Of a stretch of DNA of 64,000 bases, positions 1-9,895 are shown in pieces. The position numbers and the translations under genes are program-made. The notes beneath the pieces were generated by a model. That model had not been told where the DNA came from, did no database searches, and saw only the letters and a program-made list of their open reading frames with translations. The number at the start of each line of letters is the position of its first letter. Position 1 is the stretch's first letter. Origin of the DNA: an uncultured delta proteobacterium (GTDB taxonomy: Bacteria > Desulfobacterota > RBG-13-43-22); the NCBI GenBank assembly GCA_963743305.1, contig CAVUPH010000006.1:32001-96000 (forward strand), given 5' to 3'.

Positions 1-135
1 AAGGCCCTTCTCCCGCAGGGTCCAGATCAGTTCCAGGAGTTCATCAATCCCTTCTTCCTGAGTCTTGAGAATACGCCCGCCATGCCAATGATGGCCCTGG
101 CCGTTTTTTTCGGAGTGATCACGATGGGGTGACAT
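1..135 (-). CDS. N-terminus of a putative DtxR/MntR-type metal-dependent regulator (partial, runs off the left edge)
   Basis: Manual translation from ATG at 135 gives MSPHRDHSEKNGQGHHWHGGRILKTQEEGIDELLELIWTLREKGL, open to the window edge. EEGIDELLELIW resembles the first helix of DtxR-family regulators, and it lies downstream of feoB. Confidence 0.5.
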   Translation of the reverse strand, partial: MSPHRDHSEKNGQGHHWHGGRILKTQEEGIDELLELIWTLREKGL

Positions 136-329
136 GGCCCTTCCTTTTCTTGAATATTTTCTTGATCAGGGTTACGGTTTTGGAATCCTTGGGAAAACTG
201 TAGCGGCAGTTCGGGCAGCAAACCAGGTTGCAGTGCTTCCCCAGGGGACAGGCGCTCTGGCAACCTGCCGGGGTTAAAAACAAATTTGTGGCCGCACAAA
301 GGACAGTGATACAGGACCGGATCTTCCAT
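119..329 (-). CDS. small Cys-rich feoB-associated protein (one frameshift near 270-273)
   Basis: Joining ORF 27..329 (MEDPVLYHCPLCGHKFVFN) to ORF 119..364 (PAGCQSACPLGKHCNLVCCPNCRYSFP...) by removing one base in the G run at 270-273 gives a coherent ~70 aa CxxC...CxxxCP...C...CCPxC protein. Confidence 0.6.
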
Positions 330-386
330 CTTAAACCCCCATGCCCCCAGGGGACAACTTCCACGAAAATAGTGGATTAATCCTAT

Positions 387-2381
387 TCAATGACCCTCGC
401 CTAACCGATCTTCCAGCCCGAAAAGAACAGGGCCCAGTGCAGATAGCCCCCCTACCAGCACCGCGATCAGGACGACCACCGAGGCTATGATCAAGGCCAC
501 TTTCCAGCCGCGTTCCTTGATCATCATAAAAAAATTGGCCACACAGGGGACAAAGAGGGTGATGGTCACCAAAGCCACCAGGATCTGATTCTGATCCAAG
601 AGACCCTGCCGGGCCAGGGTGAATAACCGGCCGCCCCGTAGTCTCTTCTCAGAAAGCCGAGAAGAAAGGGGCCGGTGGATTGGGCCGGCAAACCCAGCCA
701 ATGGACCACTACCGGGCTAGCCCAGCGCTCCAACGCCGCCAGGGACCCTGTTTTGTTCAAGGCGAAAAGAAGCAGGGTCCCTAAAATAAAGAGCGGGACC
801 GCCTCCCGGAGATACCACTCCAGGCGGGATAGGGTCTTGATCAGAATATTGCTGAATTGAGGCCAGCGCAGCGGGGGCAGTTCCAGGATAAATTGCGTGC
901 TGTCGCCCGGTATTACCCGAGCCGCCAGAAATCCCACTAGAATAATCACGCCGACGATAATCGCTACCCAGAAGAATAATGACCCAGACGGAAAACCCGG
1001 AGAGCATGCCCAGGACCACGGCCAGTTGGGCCGAACAGGGAACTCCCAGGGCCAGGAGCAGGGTGACGATGATCTTATCTTTGGGGGTTTCCAATATCCG
1101 CGTGGTCATGGTAGCCATGGTGTCGCAGCCCAACCCCAGAATCATGGGCAAAATGGCTTTCCCGTTCAGCCCCATAAGGCGGAAGACCCGGTTGCTCATG
1201 ACCGCCAGCCTTGGCAGGTAGCCGGAATCCTCCAGAAAACCGAAAATCAGGAAGAAAAAAGTGACGATCGGCAGGATCAGAGCCAGGGCATAGGTCAAGG
1301 CCATGGTCAGGATCCCGTAGGGTCCCACAAATAGTTCCTGGACGAAAACCCAGGGGATGAAGACCTTAAACCAATGGGAAACCCAAGGGTTAATGTAGGT
1401 CCCGAAAACAACATCTTCCATGAAACCCACGGCCAGGTCCGCCCCCAGAACCCCGATGATCCAATAGGAAAGGTAAAGGACCAGGCCCAAACCGATCCAA
1501 CCATACAGCGGGTGGGTGGAGAGATCGCCTAACCGTTGCCCCCAGGCCTGAGCGGCTCCTTGACGCTTGGACAAAATCCGCGACAATAAGGCCTCCACCT
1601 GTTCCAATCGCTCTACGTTGATCCGATACCCGATGGGCTCCGAGTACAGGCGCTGGTAGCGGACGCAGATCTTTTCGACCTCCTGGATGGCCGCCGCCTT
1701 TAAATTTTTTTCCAGCCAGGGCCTCAGGGTTTCGTCTCCGGAAAGAAGCATCAAGGCCAAGGAACGGCCGCTGATCGGGGCCGGCGGAAGCAGGGGTACT
1801 AACTGTTCAACCGCTTCTTCGATCAAGGCCGAGTAAGTGAAACGATAGGTTGATTTCTTGGTCCCGAGCAGGTTGGGGAGAATCTGGTCGAGACCCTTCT
1901 TCCGGGTGGCCACCGTGGGAAGCACCTTCACTCCCAGGATTTCCTCCAGGATTGGATGCTGGATCTCTATACCCCGGCTTTTGGCCTCGTCCACCATGTT
2001 GAGCACCAATACCAGAGGCAGTCCCATTTCGATAAGCTGCAGGGTGATGGTCAGACCCCGGTTTAGATTTTTGGCATCCAGCACGGATAGCACGGTATAG
2101 TTTTTCTCCGCCAGCAGGATATCCCGGGTAACCTTTTCATCTTCTGAATTGGGAGTGAGATTGTTGATCCCCGGGGTATCCAGAATGGTAAATTGGTGAT
2201 CCTTATGCCCGCACGATCCGGAGGAGACCTCCACCGTGGTCCCCGGGTAGTTGGAAACCACCCGGTAGGCCCCGGTCAGGTAATTGAAAATAACGCTCTT
2301 CCCCACATTGGGATTTCCCACCAAGATAACCTTGTCCGGGGTATCGAGAAGAGATTCAGGTATTGATTGTGGTCCAGTCAT
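387..2381 (-). CDS. feoB: ferrous iron transporter FeoB (split by frameshifts near 970, 626 and probably 450)
   Basis: G1 GNPNVGKS, NYPGTTVE, DTPG and NMVD GTPase motifs; LEDSGYLPR, GLGC and PCSAQ gate motifs. It continues in ORF 566..949 (FILELPPLRWP, RRDYGAAG) and ORF 387..701 (LFVPCVA). Confidence 0.93.
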
Positions 2382-2390
2382 AACGGTAGG

Positions 2391-2834
2391 CTAGCCTGAA
2401 TCCGAGTGTCTCTGCTGAGCGCAGTCCCGGCAATGCCCGTAGAGTTCCAGGATATGGTGGGAAATGATGAAATGATGCTCTTGAGCCACCAGTCCCTGCA
2501 GGGATTCGATTGTCGGATTTTCAAATTCCAGAATCCGGCCGCAGTCCAGACAGATCAGATGATCATGATGTTTTCCATGAGGAATTGATTCGAAGTAACT
2601 GGTTTGTCTATTAAATTTTCTTTCAGCGGCCAGACCGCACCTGGTCAGCAACTTCAAGGTTCTATAGACGGTGGTCAATCCTATCTTGGAGTCCTTTTTC
2701 CGCACCTCAGCCAGCAGCTCTTCGCTGGAACTATGCCCCTGGTTGGAAAGAAAGGTATCCGCGATCAGATTCCGTTGGGCGCTCTGCCGAAGACCCTGGG
2801 ATTTAACATAGTCTTTGAAAATTTTTTTATCCAT
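2391..2834 (-). CDS. fur: ferric uptake regulator, Fur family
   Basis: TTVYRTL helix, HHDHLICLDCG and YGHCRDC motifs. Start placed at MDKK (2834) because the upstream in-frame ATGs lie in the promoter/operator. Confidence 0.92.
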   Translation of the reverse strand: MDKKIFKDYVKSQGLRQSAQRNLIADTFLSNQGHSSSEELLAEVRKKDSKIGLTTVYRTLKLLTRCGLAAERKFNRQTSYFESIPHGKHHDHLICLDCGRILEFENPTIESLQGLVAQEHHFIISHHILELYGHCRDCAQQRHSDSG

Positions 2835-2884
2835 AATGAAAATGAAATTCATTTTCATTATAATCATTAACGTCTAACTGTCAA
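2833..2884 (-). promoter_or_regulatory. sigma70 promoter with overlapping Fur boxes for the fur-feoB operon
   Basis: Minus strand has TTGACA (2884-2879), a 16 bp spacer and TATAAT (2862-2857). A perfect 14-1-14 palindrome ATAATGAAAATGAA-A-TTCATTTTCATTAT at 2833-2861 contains ATGAAA-N5-TTTCAT delta-type Fur boxes. Confidence 0.85.
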
Positions 2885-2909
2885 ATTATTATTTTAGAGG
2901 AGGGAGAAT

Positions 2910-3668
2910 TTAAGAAGGACTATTAATTAATTCTTTAATTAAAACAAATTGATATCCTCTATCTTTCAAGTTTTGAATGATAATAGGCAGGGCGTCCAGG
3001 GTCTGGGTTCGATCATGGTAAAAGCCGACCCCTCCGGCATCGTGGAGGATGACGATAGCCCCGTTGCGGGTTTTATCCAGGACCGTTTGGATGATGTATT
3101 CTGTTCCCGGCAGGGAAACGTCGCTGGCCTTCACCGATCCGTTGATAATCGGCAGTTTCAATTCCCGACAGACCGCAACCAGGTCATTGGATACCCACCC
3201 CAGCGGGGATCGAAAAAATGCCGGATAGCGCCCGGTGATCCGATAAATGGCGTCTTGGGCCTCGACAATTTCTCGACGAATCCGATCGGGGGGGAGCCAG
3301 GGCAAATAAAAGAGGTGATGGTCGGAATGGTTTTCGATTTCATGGCCTCGGGTATTAATCTGCCGGACGATTTCCGGACAGGACCGGACTTCCCGACCAA
3401 TCAGGAAGAAAGTGGCTTTGATCCCGAAGCGGTCCAGTATTTCCAAGACCTGCGGGGTGTAAATCGGGTGCGGACCGTCATCAAAGGTCAGGGCCACTAT
3501 TTTTTCATCCGTCTCTCCACGGAAATATACGCCCTGGCAGCCCCCCAGAAGGACCAGGAGGAAAAGGAGGGAAAAAATAATATAGGAGCCTTTTATTCTT
3601 TTCACTTGTGCCCTCGAACCCTGACGTTCTATTCTTACACTATGCGGACTATCCGGCATCCTTGGCAA
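2910..3668 (-). CDS. polysaccharide/peptidoglycan deacetylase (NodB/CE4), probable lipoprotein
   Basis: ALTFDDGP, KATFF, IENHSDHH, FRSPLG and VILHDA motifs; hydrophobic stretch ending LGGC. The true start may be slightly downstream. Confidence 0.88.
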   Translation of the reverse strand: MPRMPDSPHSVRIERQGSRAQVKRIKGSYIIFSLLFLLVLLGGCQGVYFRGETDEKIVALTFDDGPHPIYTPQVLEILDRFGIKATFFLIGREVRSCPEIVRQINTRGHEIENHSDHHLFYLPWLPPDRIRREIVEAQDAIYRITGRYPAFFRSPLGWVSNDLVAVCRELKLPIINGSVKASDVSLPGTEYIIQTVLDKTRNGAIVILHDAGGVGFYHDRTQTLDALPIIIQNLKDRGYQFVLIKELINSPS

Positions 3669-3825
3669 TCAAAAAGTGCAACGCTTTCGCGGAGGGCGCT
3701 CTTTGACCGGATAAAGGGCGACAATACTTTTTTGGTCTAATATTAAATATATGCTATTATATTCCGATACATTCGAAGATAACCGGATCATCACCCTTTA
3801 CCTGCGTTTTTGAGGAGGAAACCCC

Positions 3826-6112
3826 ATGCGTCGAACGTCCCCCAAAGGACCCCTGATTATCACCCTGGTCGTAGTCGCCTTTTTGATGGCCGCTTTCGTC
3901 GGCTGCAGCCGGGAGGCCAAACTGGCCCGCCACTGGAAAAAAGCCGAAAAATTTCTTTCGGAAAACAAAATCAATGAAGCCATCATCGAATACAAAAATG
4001 TGGTCCAGCTCAACCCCCAGGATGCCCGGGCCCACTATAAATTGGGTCTGGCTTATATCCGGGTCCGCAACCCTCAGGCGGCCTTTTCCGAATTTTCAAA
4101 AAGCGTGGACCTGGACCCCAACCTGACCGACGCGAGGCTGCAACTAGGTTATCTATACCTGTTGGCGAAGGATCTACCCAAGGCCCGGGAGCAGGTGGAG
4201 AAGATCGTCTACAAGGAACCCGAAAACCCCGCTGCCCATCTTCTCAGCAGCACCCTGTACGCCGTGGAAAAGAATCCGGACAAAGCCATCGCCGAGGCCC
4301 GCAAAGCCCTTGAAAAAGACCCGAAAAAAATAGAGGCCTACCTGCAACTGGCCAAGCTCTACCTCTTAACCAAGGACCTGGTCCGGGCCGAACAGACCCT
4401 TAAAGAGGCCTTGAAGGTCGACCCCCGATCGCTTCAGGCCCGTTATGCCCTGGCCGGTTTTTATCAGCAGACCGGAAAAAAAGAACTGGCCGAGGCCGAA
4501 TTGCTGGAGGCCGTTAAAACCGCCCCCCAGGATATCGGACCGGTTATGAACCTGGGACAATATTACGCTTCCCTGAACAGGCCGGAGGAGGCCGAAAAAC
4601 AGTTCCTGAAAGCCGTGGCCCTGGATCCCAAAAAAATCCCCACCCAACTGCATTTGGCCGATTTCTACTTAGCCTGGGGCAAGAAAGATAAGGCCGTTGA
4701 AACCCTTCAAAAAGCGCTGAAAGAGGATCCGAAGAGCATCCCCTCTCTGGCCCGACTGGCCGAAATCGCCCTGAAAGAAAAAAAGTTTGATCAGGCCTCG
4801 GAACAGGTGGAGAAAATTCTTAGAACCAATCCTAAAAGCCAGGAGGGAACCTTCCTCAAGGGGCGACTGCATTTGGCCAAAAAAGAATTCAAAGAAGCCA
4901 TCGGTCTTTTTCAGCCTTACCTGAAGGAAAACCCCAAATCCGCCATGGGCCATTACTTTCTGGGGCTGGCTTATTTGGGCGATAAAGATGTCCAGCAGGC
5001 TAAAAATGAACTGGGGGAGTCCATCAAACTCAATCCCCGCGGGGACGAGGCGCGCCTGCTGCTGGCCGACCTGCACCTTCGGGGAGGCGCTCCCGATCTG
5101 GCCATCGAACAGGCGCAAGCCGTTTTGAAGAATAACCCCAAATCCTTCCAGGCTCAACTGTTGTTAGGGAATGCCTTCTTGATGAAAAAAGATGGCGCCG
5201 GAGCGGCCAAGGCCTTTGATGAAGCCATTCAGGCCGCTCCCCAGAACCCGGTAGGCTATTATCAAAAAGGACGGGTGTTGTTGGCCCAAAAAAAAGAAAA
5301 AGAAGCGGTGGTCCAGTTGGAGAAGGCCCTCTCCTTGCAGCCCAATTATCTGGAAGCGCTCAACCTGCTCGTCGGCCTGTATGTCAACCAGAAGGATATG
5401 AAGAAGGCCCTGCAGCGGGTCGAGGCCCAAATCCAACTGAACCCCAAAAACCCGTTCTTTTACAATCTGTTGGGAAGACTCCAGGAACTCAATAAAGAAC
5501 TGGAGAAGGCCGAAGCCAACTACAAGAAAGCCGTGGAGATGGACCCTAACGTCACCGGGTTTCACCTTTCCCTGGCCGGTTTCTACGCCCGTCATACCCT
5601 GGTCGACAAAGCCATCAAGGAATTTAACCTGGCCCTGCAACAGAACCCCCAGTGCCCTGCCCGCTCTAATGGGCCTGGGTATCCTTTACCAGGGGCAGAA
5701 TCATATCGACCAGGCCAAAGAGGCCTATCAGAAGGCCCTGAAGGTCAATCCCAAGTTTGCCCCGGCCGCCAACAACCTGGCCTACCTGTACGCCGATAAG
5801 GGAGAGCATGTTGACGAGGCCTTAAACCTGGCCCAAAGCGCCAAAGAACAATTCCCGGAAGATCCGTCCATTTCCGACACCCTGGGCTGGGTCTATTACC
5901 AGAAGACTATTTACACCCGGGCAATCGTTTATTTCAAGGAAGCGTTGGAGAAGGTCAAGGACAACCCGGTCATTTATTACCATTTGGGATTAGCCTATTT
6001 CAAGAACAACCAAAAAGACCTGGCTAAACAAGCGTTGAATAAAGCCCTGGAACTGGACCCCAAATTTTCCGGGGCGGAAGCGGCCAAGGCCACGTTGCAG
6101 AAGATCAAGTAG
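3826..6112 (+). CDS. large TPR-repeat lipoprotein (PrsT-like), frameshift in the C run at 5646-5650
   Basis: FVGC lipobox and continuous TPR repeats. ORF 5669..6112 carries the C-terminal AANNLAYLY...DTLGWVYY motif. Removing one C restores QNPSALPALMGL. Confidence 0.8.
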
Positions 6113-6500
6113 GGCAGGCGTCTCGCCTGCCGGTTTTGTAGCGATAGAAAACATACGGAGCAACTCCCACCCAGACCAGCAGGAGCACCCAGACGCGCCC
6201 GCCGGCGAGGTTGTAATTGGCCAGCAACTCCGACCAAGGGTGTCCGCCCACGAAATGAAAAAACAAAAATTCAAAGGCGCAGTTTAAGGCCATACAAAAA
6301 ATGCCAATTCCTGTCCGCCCCCCTCCCGGAGCGGGGCGGACAGCCACGCTCAATCAGCCAAATCACGGCCCCCAATTGGACCATCCCCGTTACGGTAGAG
6401 CCCTGGTAGGCCCGCAACTCGGAAAGCTGTTTCCCATCGGTGAAATCCCGTACCGCGCCGTTGGTCACGGAGATCACAAGCATCACCAGCCAAATGGAAT
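6105..6500 (-). pseudogene. decayed hypothetical membrane protein
   Basis: Two overlapping frames (6271..6486 MLVISVTNGAVRDF...; 6105..6353 ...AFEFLFFHFVGGHPWSELLANYNLAGGRVW...) read as one hydrophobic protein with a frameshift and no 5' end. Confidence 0.5.
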
Positions 6501-6709
6501 CAGCGGATCAATTAGCAAAGAAAGCCATGGGGCTTGGACCAATAGAACGAATTCGGCTGATTGAGGCCATTTTATACAGCCTCGATAAGCCAGATCCAGA
6601 TATCGAAAAGAGTTGGATCGCCGAGGCTGAAGCACGATATGAGGCCTATAAACGGGGGGAGCTAGCAGCAATTGATTGGGAAGACATCAGAAAGCGGTAT
6701 GAACGTTGA
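6494..6709 (+). CDS. addiction-module antitoxin component (TIGR02574/Unstab_antitox-like)
   Basis: AMGLGPIERIRLIEAILYSLD...WIAEAEARYEAYKRGE...IDWEDI matches the family pattern. Confidence 0.75.
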   Translation: MESADQLAKKAMGLGPIERIRLIEAILYSLDKPDPDIEKSWIAEAEARYEAYKRGELAAIDWEDIRKRYER

Positions 6710-6777
6710 AGGTTCGGTTGATATCCCCCGCCAATCTGGAGTTGGATGAGGCTGTAAGGTTCAAACCAATCGCTTAA
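6706..6777 (+). pseudogene. truncated ParE/RelE-type toxin
   Basis: A TTG start overlaps the antitoxin stop. It reads MKVRLISPANLELDEAVR, then runs into the stop of the convergent pfkB gene and ends after 23 codons. Confidence 0.6.
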
Positions 6778-7738
6778 CCGCCGCCTCAAAATCCTCCCGG
6801 CTCGGATAGGCTTCCCGCCCCACCCCTGCCATACTTAGATGAGCCATGGCCAGACCGAGGGAACCGCAGGCCGGCAGTGGCAAGCCCCGCAAATACCCGC
6901 CGAGGAATCCGGCGGCGAAGACATCGCCGGCGCCGGTGGTATCTTTGGCTTGGATGATCGCAGCGGGAAGTTCCCAGACTCCGGTAGCCGCTTGGATGAA
7001 GGCGCCGGAACCTTTCTTCTTTACGGCAATGATCCGGGTCCCCAGGGCCAGAATTTCTTTTACCCCCTCTCGCCATTTCCGTCCGGTCAGCATTTCCAGC
7101 TCTCCCTGAGTGATGAACAGAATTTGACACCGGGCCAGCAGAGGGGCCAAGTTCAGGAGGCCCCGTTGAACATAGACCTCCCCCGGATCAAAACTGATTT
7201 GGACCTGTCCGGCCACCTCCCGGACCAGGCGTTCCTGGAGCGCCAGGCCCTCTCCCAGGATGGAAGTCAGATGCAGCATCCGGAAAGTCCGGACGAAATC
7301 CGGGTCCAGGTCCGCCCAGGTGAGTTCCCGGTTGGCGTTGGGCAGCAAGAGGATGATCCGGTCCCGGTCGGGTCCCAGGATAATCAGGGCCTGGCCGGTT
7401 CGCTGCTCCCGCCCTAGGTGCAGCCGAGGGATGGGGGCCATTTCCCGCAGGATAAAATTCCCGTCCTCATCTTGCCCGACCTTACCCATCATGCCGCTGT
7501 GGAAGCCCATTTTCGCCAAAGAAAAAGCCGTATTGGCGGCGCTCCCGCCGCCGGTCCGGGAGATCAATCGGGTTTTTTCCAGGATAGCCTTCTGTACGGC
7601 CTGTATTTCAGCGGGCTCGATCAGCACCCACTCCCGACGCTTTTTCCCCTCGGGGTAGAAGGGTTCCAGAAAAGCGAGATCCTCCGTTTCGTAGATATAA
7701 TCCACATTCAGGGAACCCAAGCCGACCACATCGTTCAT
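6761..7738 (-). CDS. PfkB/ribokinase-family carbohydrate or nucleoside kinase
   Basis: GGSAANTA and DTTGAGDVF signatures; SFDPG. Confidence 0.9.
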   Translation of the reverse strand: MNDVVGLGSLNVDYIYETEDLAFLEPFYPEGKKRREWVLIEPAEIQAVQKAILEKTRLISRTGGGSAANTAFSLAKMGFHSGMMGKVGQDEDGNFILREMAPIPRLHLGREQRTGQALIILGPDRDRIILLLPNANRELTWADLDPDFVRTFRMLHLTSILGEGLALQERLVREVAGQVQISFDPGEVYVQRGLLNLAPLLARCQILFITQGELEMLTGRKWREGVKEILALGTRIIAVKKKGSGAFIQAATGVWELPAAIIQAKDTTGAGDVFAAGFLGGYLRGLPLPACGSLGLAMAHLSMAGVGREAYPSREDFEAAVKRLV

Positions 7739-7739
7739 G

Positions 7740-8804
7740 TCATTTTACTCCCCAACTCATTTCGTCCTTGACTCGGGCTACATCTTCCGGCTCCAGGGGA
7801 AAAGGATAACTGCGGATGTCGCTGGGCGGCCCGTCCCCGAAGGGCCGGTTGCAGGCGGTTTCCAGTCCCCCCCCCGGGCAGCCGCTGGTCATAAAGGGCC
7901 GACCGGAGTCAATCCAACCCTCCAAATCCCCCGGCGGCAGACCGAAATCCTGGATCCGGCCCCCTTCATCGAAAGCCATGACCTGACTGCGGGACAGGTC
8001 GTTATCGATCAGGTACCGGGCCAACTGCACCCGGCGGTACTGCCCCGCCGGGCAGGGGGAAGCGTCGGCCAGGCGGGACCCTTTCTCCGGATAAAAGGAA
8101 AAAAGATGGGTCCGGGCTCCCAGATCGCGCACCGACTGAATACGACGGATCAGGTCCTCCTCGCGTTCCCCCATCCCGCAAATCAGGTGGCACCCGGCCC
8201 TGTTTTTACCGAAGACCTCGGCCGTAGCCGCCAGCATCGACCAATAGTGCTCAAACCGGTGCGGCCCCTTCGCCCCGGATCCCCGGTGCCGGTCAAAGAG
8301 GGCTTCATCGGCCAGGTCCAGGGCCACGGCCGCCATCTGAGCCCCGGCCTGCCGCAAGTCGGCTACGTCCTTCGTCTTCATACTGGTCGGGTTCATCAAA
8401 ACCGAAATAGGCAGTCCCACTTCCTCCCGAAAGCGCCGGGTCAGGTACAGGGTGTCTTCCAAGGCCCGGGGGTGGGTGATCATGGAGAGGCAGACCCGGT
8501 GCAGCTTGTGCCGGTTCTCCAGAGTTCTCCGAATGACGGTTTCCAGGTCGTAGGTGGGCCAGCTCACCCGGATAAAGCTTTTTTCCGAAAAATCGCCGTC
8601 CCTGGAATTCTGGAGTCCGCAATAGGAGCAGTTGCCCCGGCAGCCGCTGGGATAGGTCAACAGCAGGTTCAGACAGTACAGCCGGGCGTTTCGAAAAAAC
8701 AAACCCTCCTTCAAATTCAGGGTCATGGCCGCAGCCAGGCTCATCTGCAGATATTCCGGGCTGCTGAAGCGCTGGGGGTTCGGTTGGTTGTTAACAATCG
8801 ACAT
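7740..8804 (-). CDS. lipS2: radical SAM lipoyl synthase subunit, LipS2-type
   Basis: CRGNCSYC SAM motif plus C-terminal TSGCPG...ACNRP (LipS2 TxGCP..C[ND]RP signature); in an operon with a lipoate ligase. Confidence 0.78.
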   Translation of the reverse strand: MSIVNNQPNPQRFSSPEYLQMSLAAAMTLNLKEGLFFRNARLYCLNLLLTYPSGCRGNCSYCGLQNSRDGDFSEKSFIRVSWPTYDLETVIRRTLENRHKLHRVCLSMITHPRALEDTLYLTRRFREEVGLPISVLMNPTSMKTKDVADLRQAGAQMAAVALDLADEALFDRHRGSGAKGPHRFEHYWSMLAATAEVFGKNRAGCHLICGMGEREEDLIRRIQSVRDLGARTHLFSFYPEKGSRLADASPCPAGQYRRVQLARYLIDNDLSRSQVMAFDEGGRIQDFGLPPGDLEGWIDSGRPFMTSGCPGGGLETACNRPFGDGPPSDIRSYPFPLEPEDVARVKDEMSWGVK

Positions 8805-8830
8805 CTGTCAATAGCTCCTTACACGGACAT

Positions 8831-9895
8831 TTAGGACCGGTAGTATTCTTTATAGGCAATCCAATTTTCTTTGATCAATTCGGCAAAATCGATTCGCTTC
8901 CATTGCCGGATCATCTTTTTTCTTTTGGCGGCCGCCCGGGCCAGAGAAGGCCCCAGCAGGTCATGCAGTTCATCCCGGTAGCCGGCCAAGGGACCAGAGG
9001 TACCCCGGAGGACGGTCGCCGCGGCCGCTTCCCCGGCCAGTTCTCCGGAGATGAGGGCGTTTCCTACCCCGGCGCCGCTGAGGGGATGGCAGGTCCCGGC
9101 GGCATCCCCGGCCAAAATCATGTTTTCCAGCCAGAGGTCCTTCAACCCCCCCACCGGCACCAGGCCCCCGCCGGCCGGCTTTTCCGCCGCTTCCACCAGA
9201 CCTTCTTCCTCCCGCTCCCGTTTAAATTCGTTCAGGATTTTTTTTAAATTCCTGGACTGTCCCGCGTCAAGGCCCACGCCCAAATTGGCCCGGTCCCCTT
9301 TGGGAAAAACCCAGCCGTACCCGCCCGGAATTTCCGGGTGGAAATAAATCCGGGTATGATCCAGGGACTTTGACAATTCCAAAGAAACCTGCGCGGCTAC
9401 CAGAAAAGGTCCCGGGGTTTGACCCATCCAGCGGGCCACCTGGGAGCAGGGGCCGTCGGCCCCCACAATCACCCGGGAGCGAATGAAGACTTCCCGCCGT
9501 CCATCCCAGGCCCGGATCCCCTCCGGGGTTCTCCGGTAAACCTGAAGCCCGGTCTCCAGCCGGACCCCGGCCTCCACTGCCTGTCGGGCCAGTTCCTGAT
9601 CGAATCGGTCCCGCCGGATCACGGCCCCGGGGAAAAGGTTCTCCTTCGGATCCTCGCCGGGCAAAAAGGTACGCATGGCCCTCACCGGCTGAACCGTAAT
9701 GGCCCGGCTGGACAAATCGAGGTGCTTACCGACCGGCAGCGGCACGAATTCGGCGCAGCGGACCGGGACCCCCACCTGAGGACGGCGCTCCGCCAGGAGC
9801 ACCGAAACCCCTTGGCGGGCGGCCGCCCGCGCCGCGACGCTTCCGGCCGGTCCGGCGCCGACCACCAGTACGTCACAGGTCCGCAGATCGTCCAT
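8831..9895 (-). CDS. geranylgeranyl-reductase-like FAD oxidoreductase (LipT-like)
   Basis: GAGPAG, GADG, GYGWVFPK and LAGDAAG motifs; located between the ligase and lipS2. Confidence 0.82.
   Translation of the reverse strand: MDDLRTCDVLVVGAGPAGSVAARAAARQGVSVLLAERRPQVGVPVRCAEFVPLPVGKHLDLSSRAITVQPVRAMRTFLPGEDPKENLFPGAVIRRDRFDQELARQAVEAGVRLETGLQVYRRTPEGIRAWDGRREVFIRSRVIVGADGPCSQVARWMGQTPGPFLVAAQVSLELSKSLDHTRIYFHPEIPGGYGWVFPKGDRANLGVGLDAGQSRNLKKILNEFKREREEEGLVEAAEKPAGGGLVPVGGLKDLWLENMILAGDAAGTCHPLSGAGVGNALISGELAGEAAAATVLRGTSGPLAGYRDELHDLLGPSLARAAAKRKKMIRQWKRIDFAELIKENWIAYKEYYRS

Noticed and set aside
387-2381. Programmed frameshifting or true pseudogenisation of feoB
   Set aside because: There are several scattered single-base breaks with no slippery-site/hairpin signature and otherwise intact motifs; sequencing error is more parsimonious.
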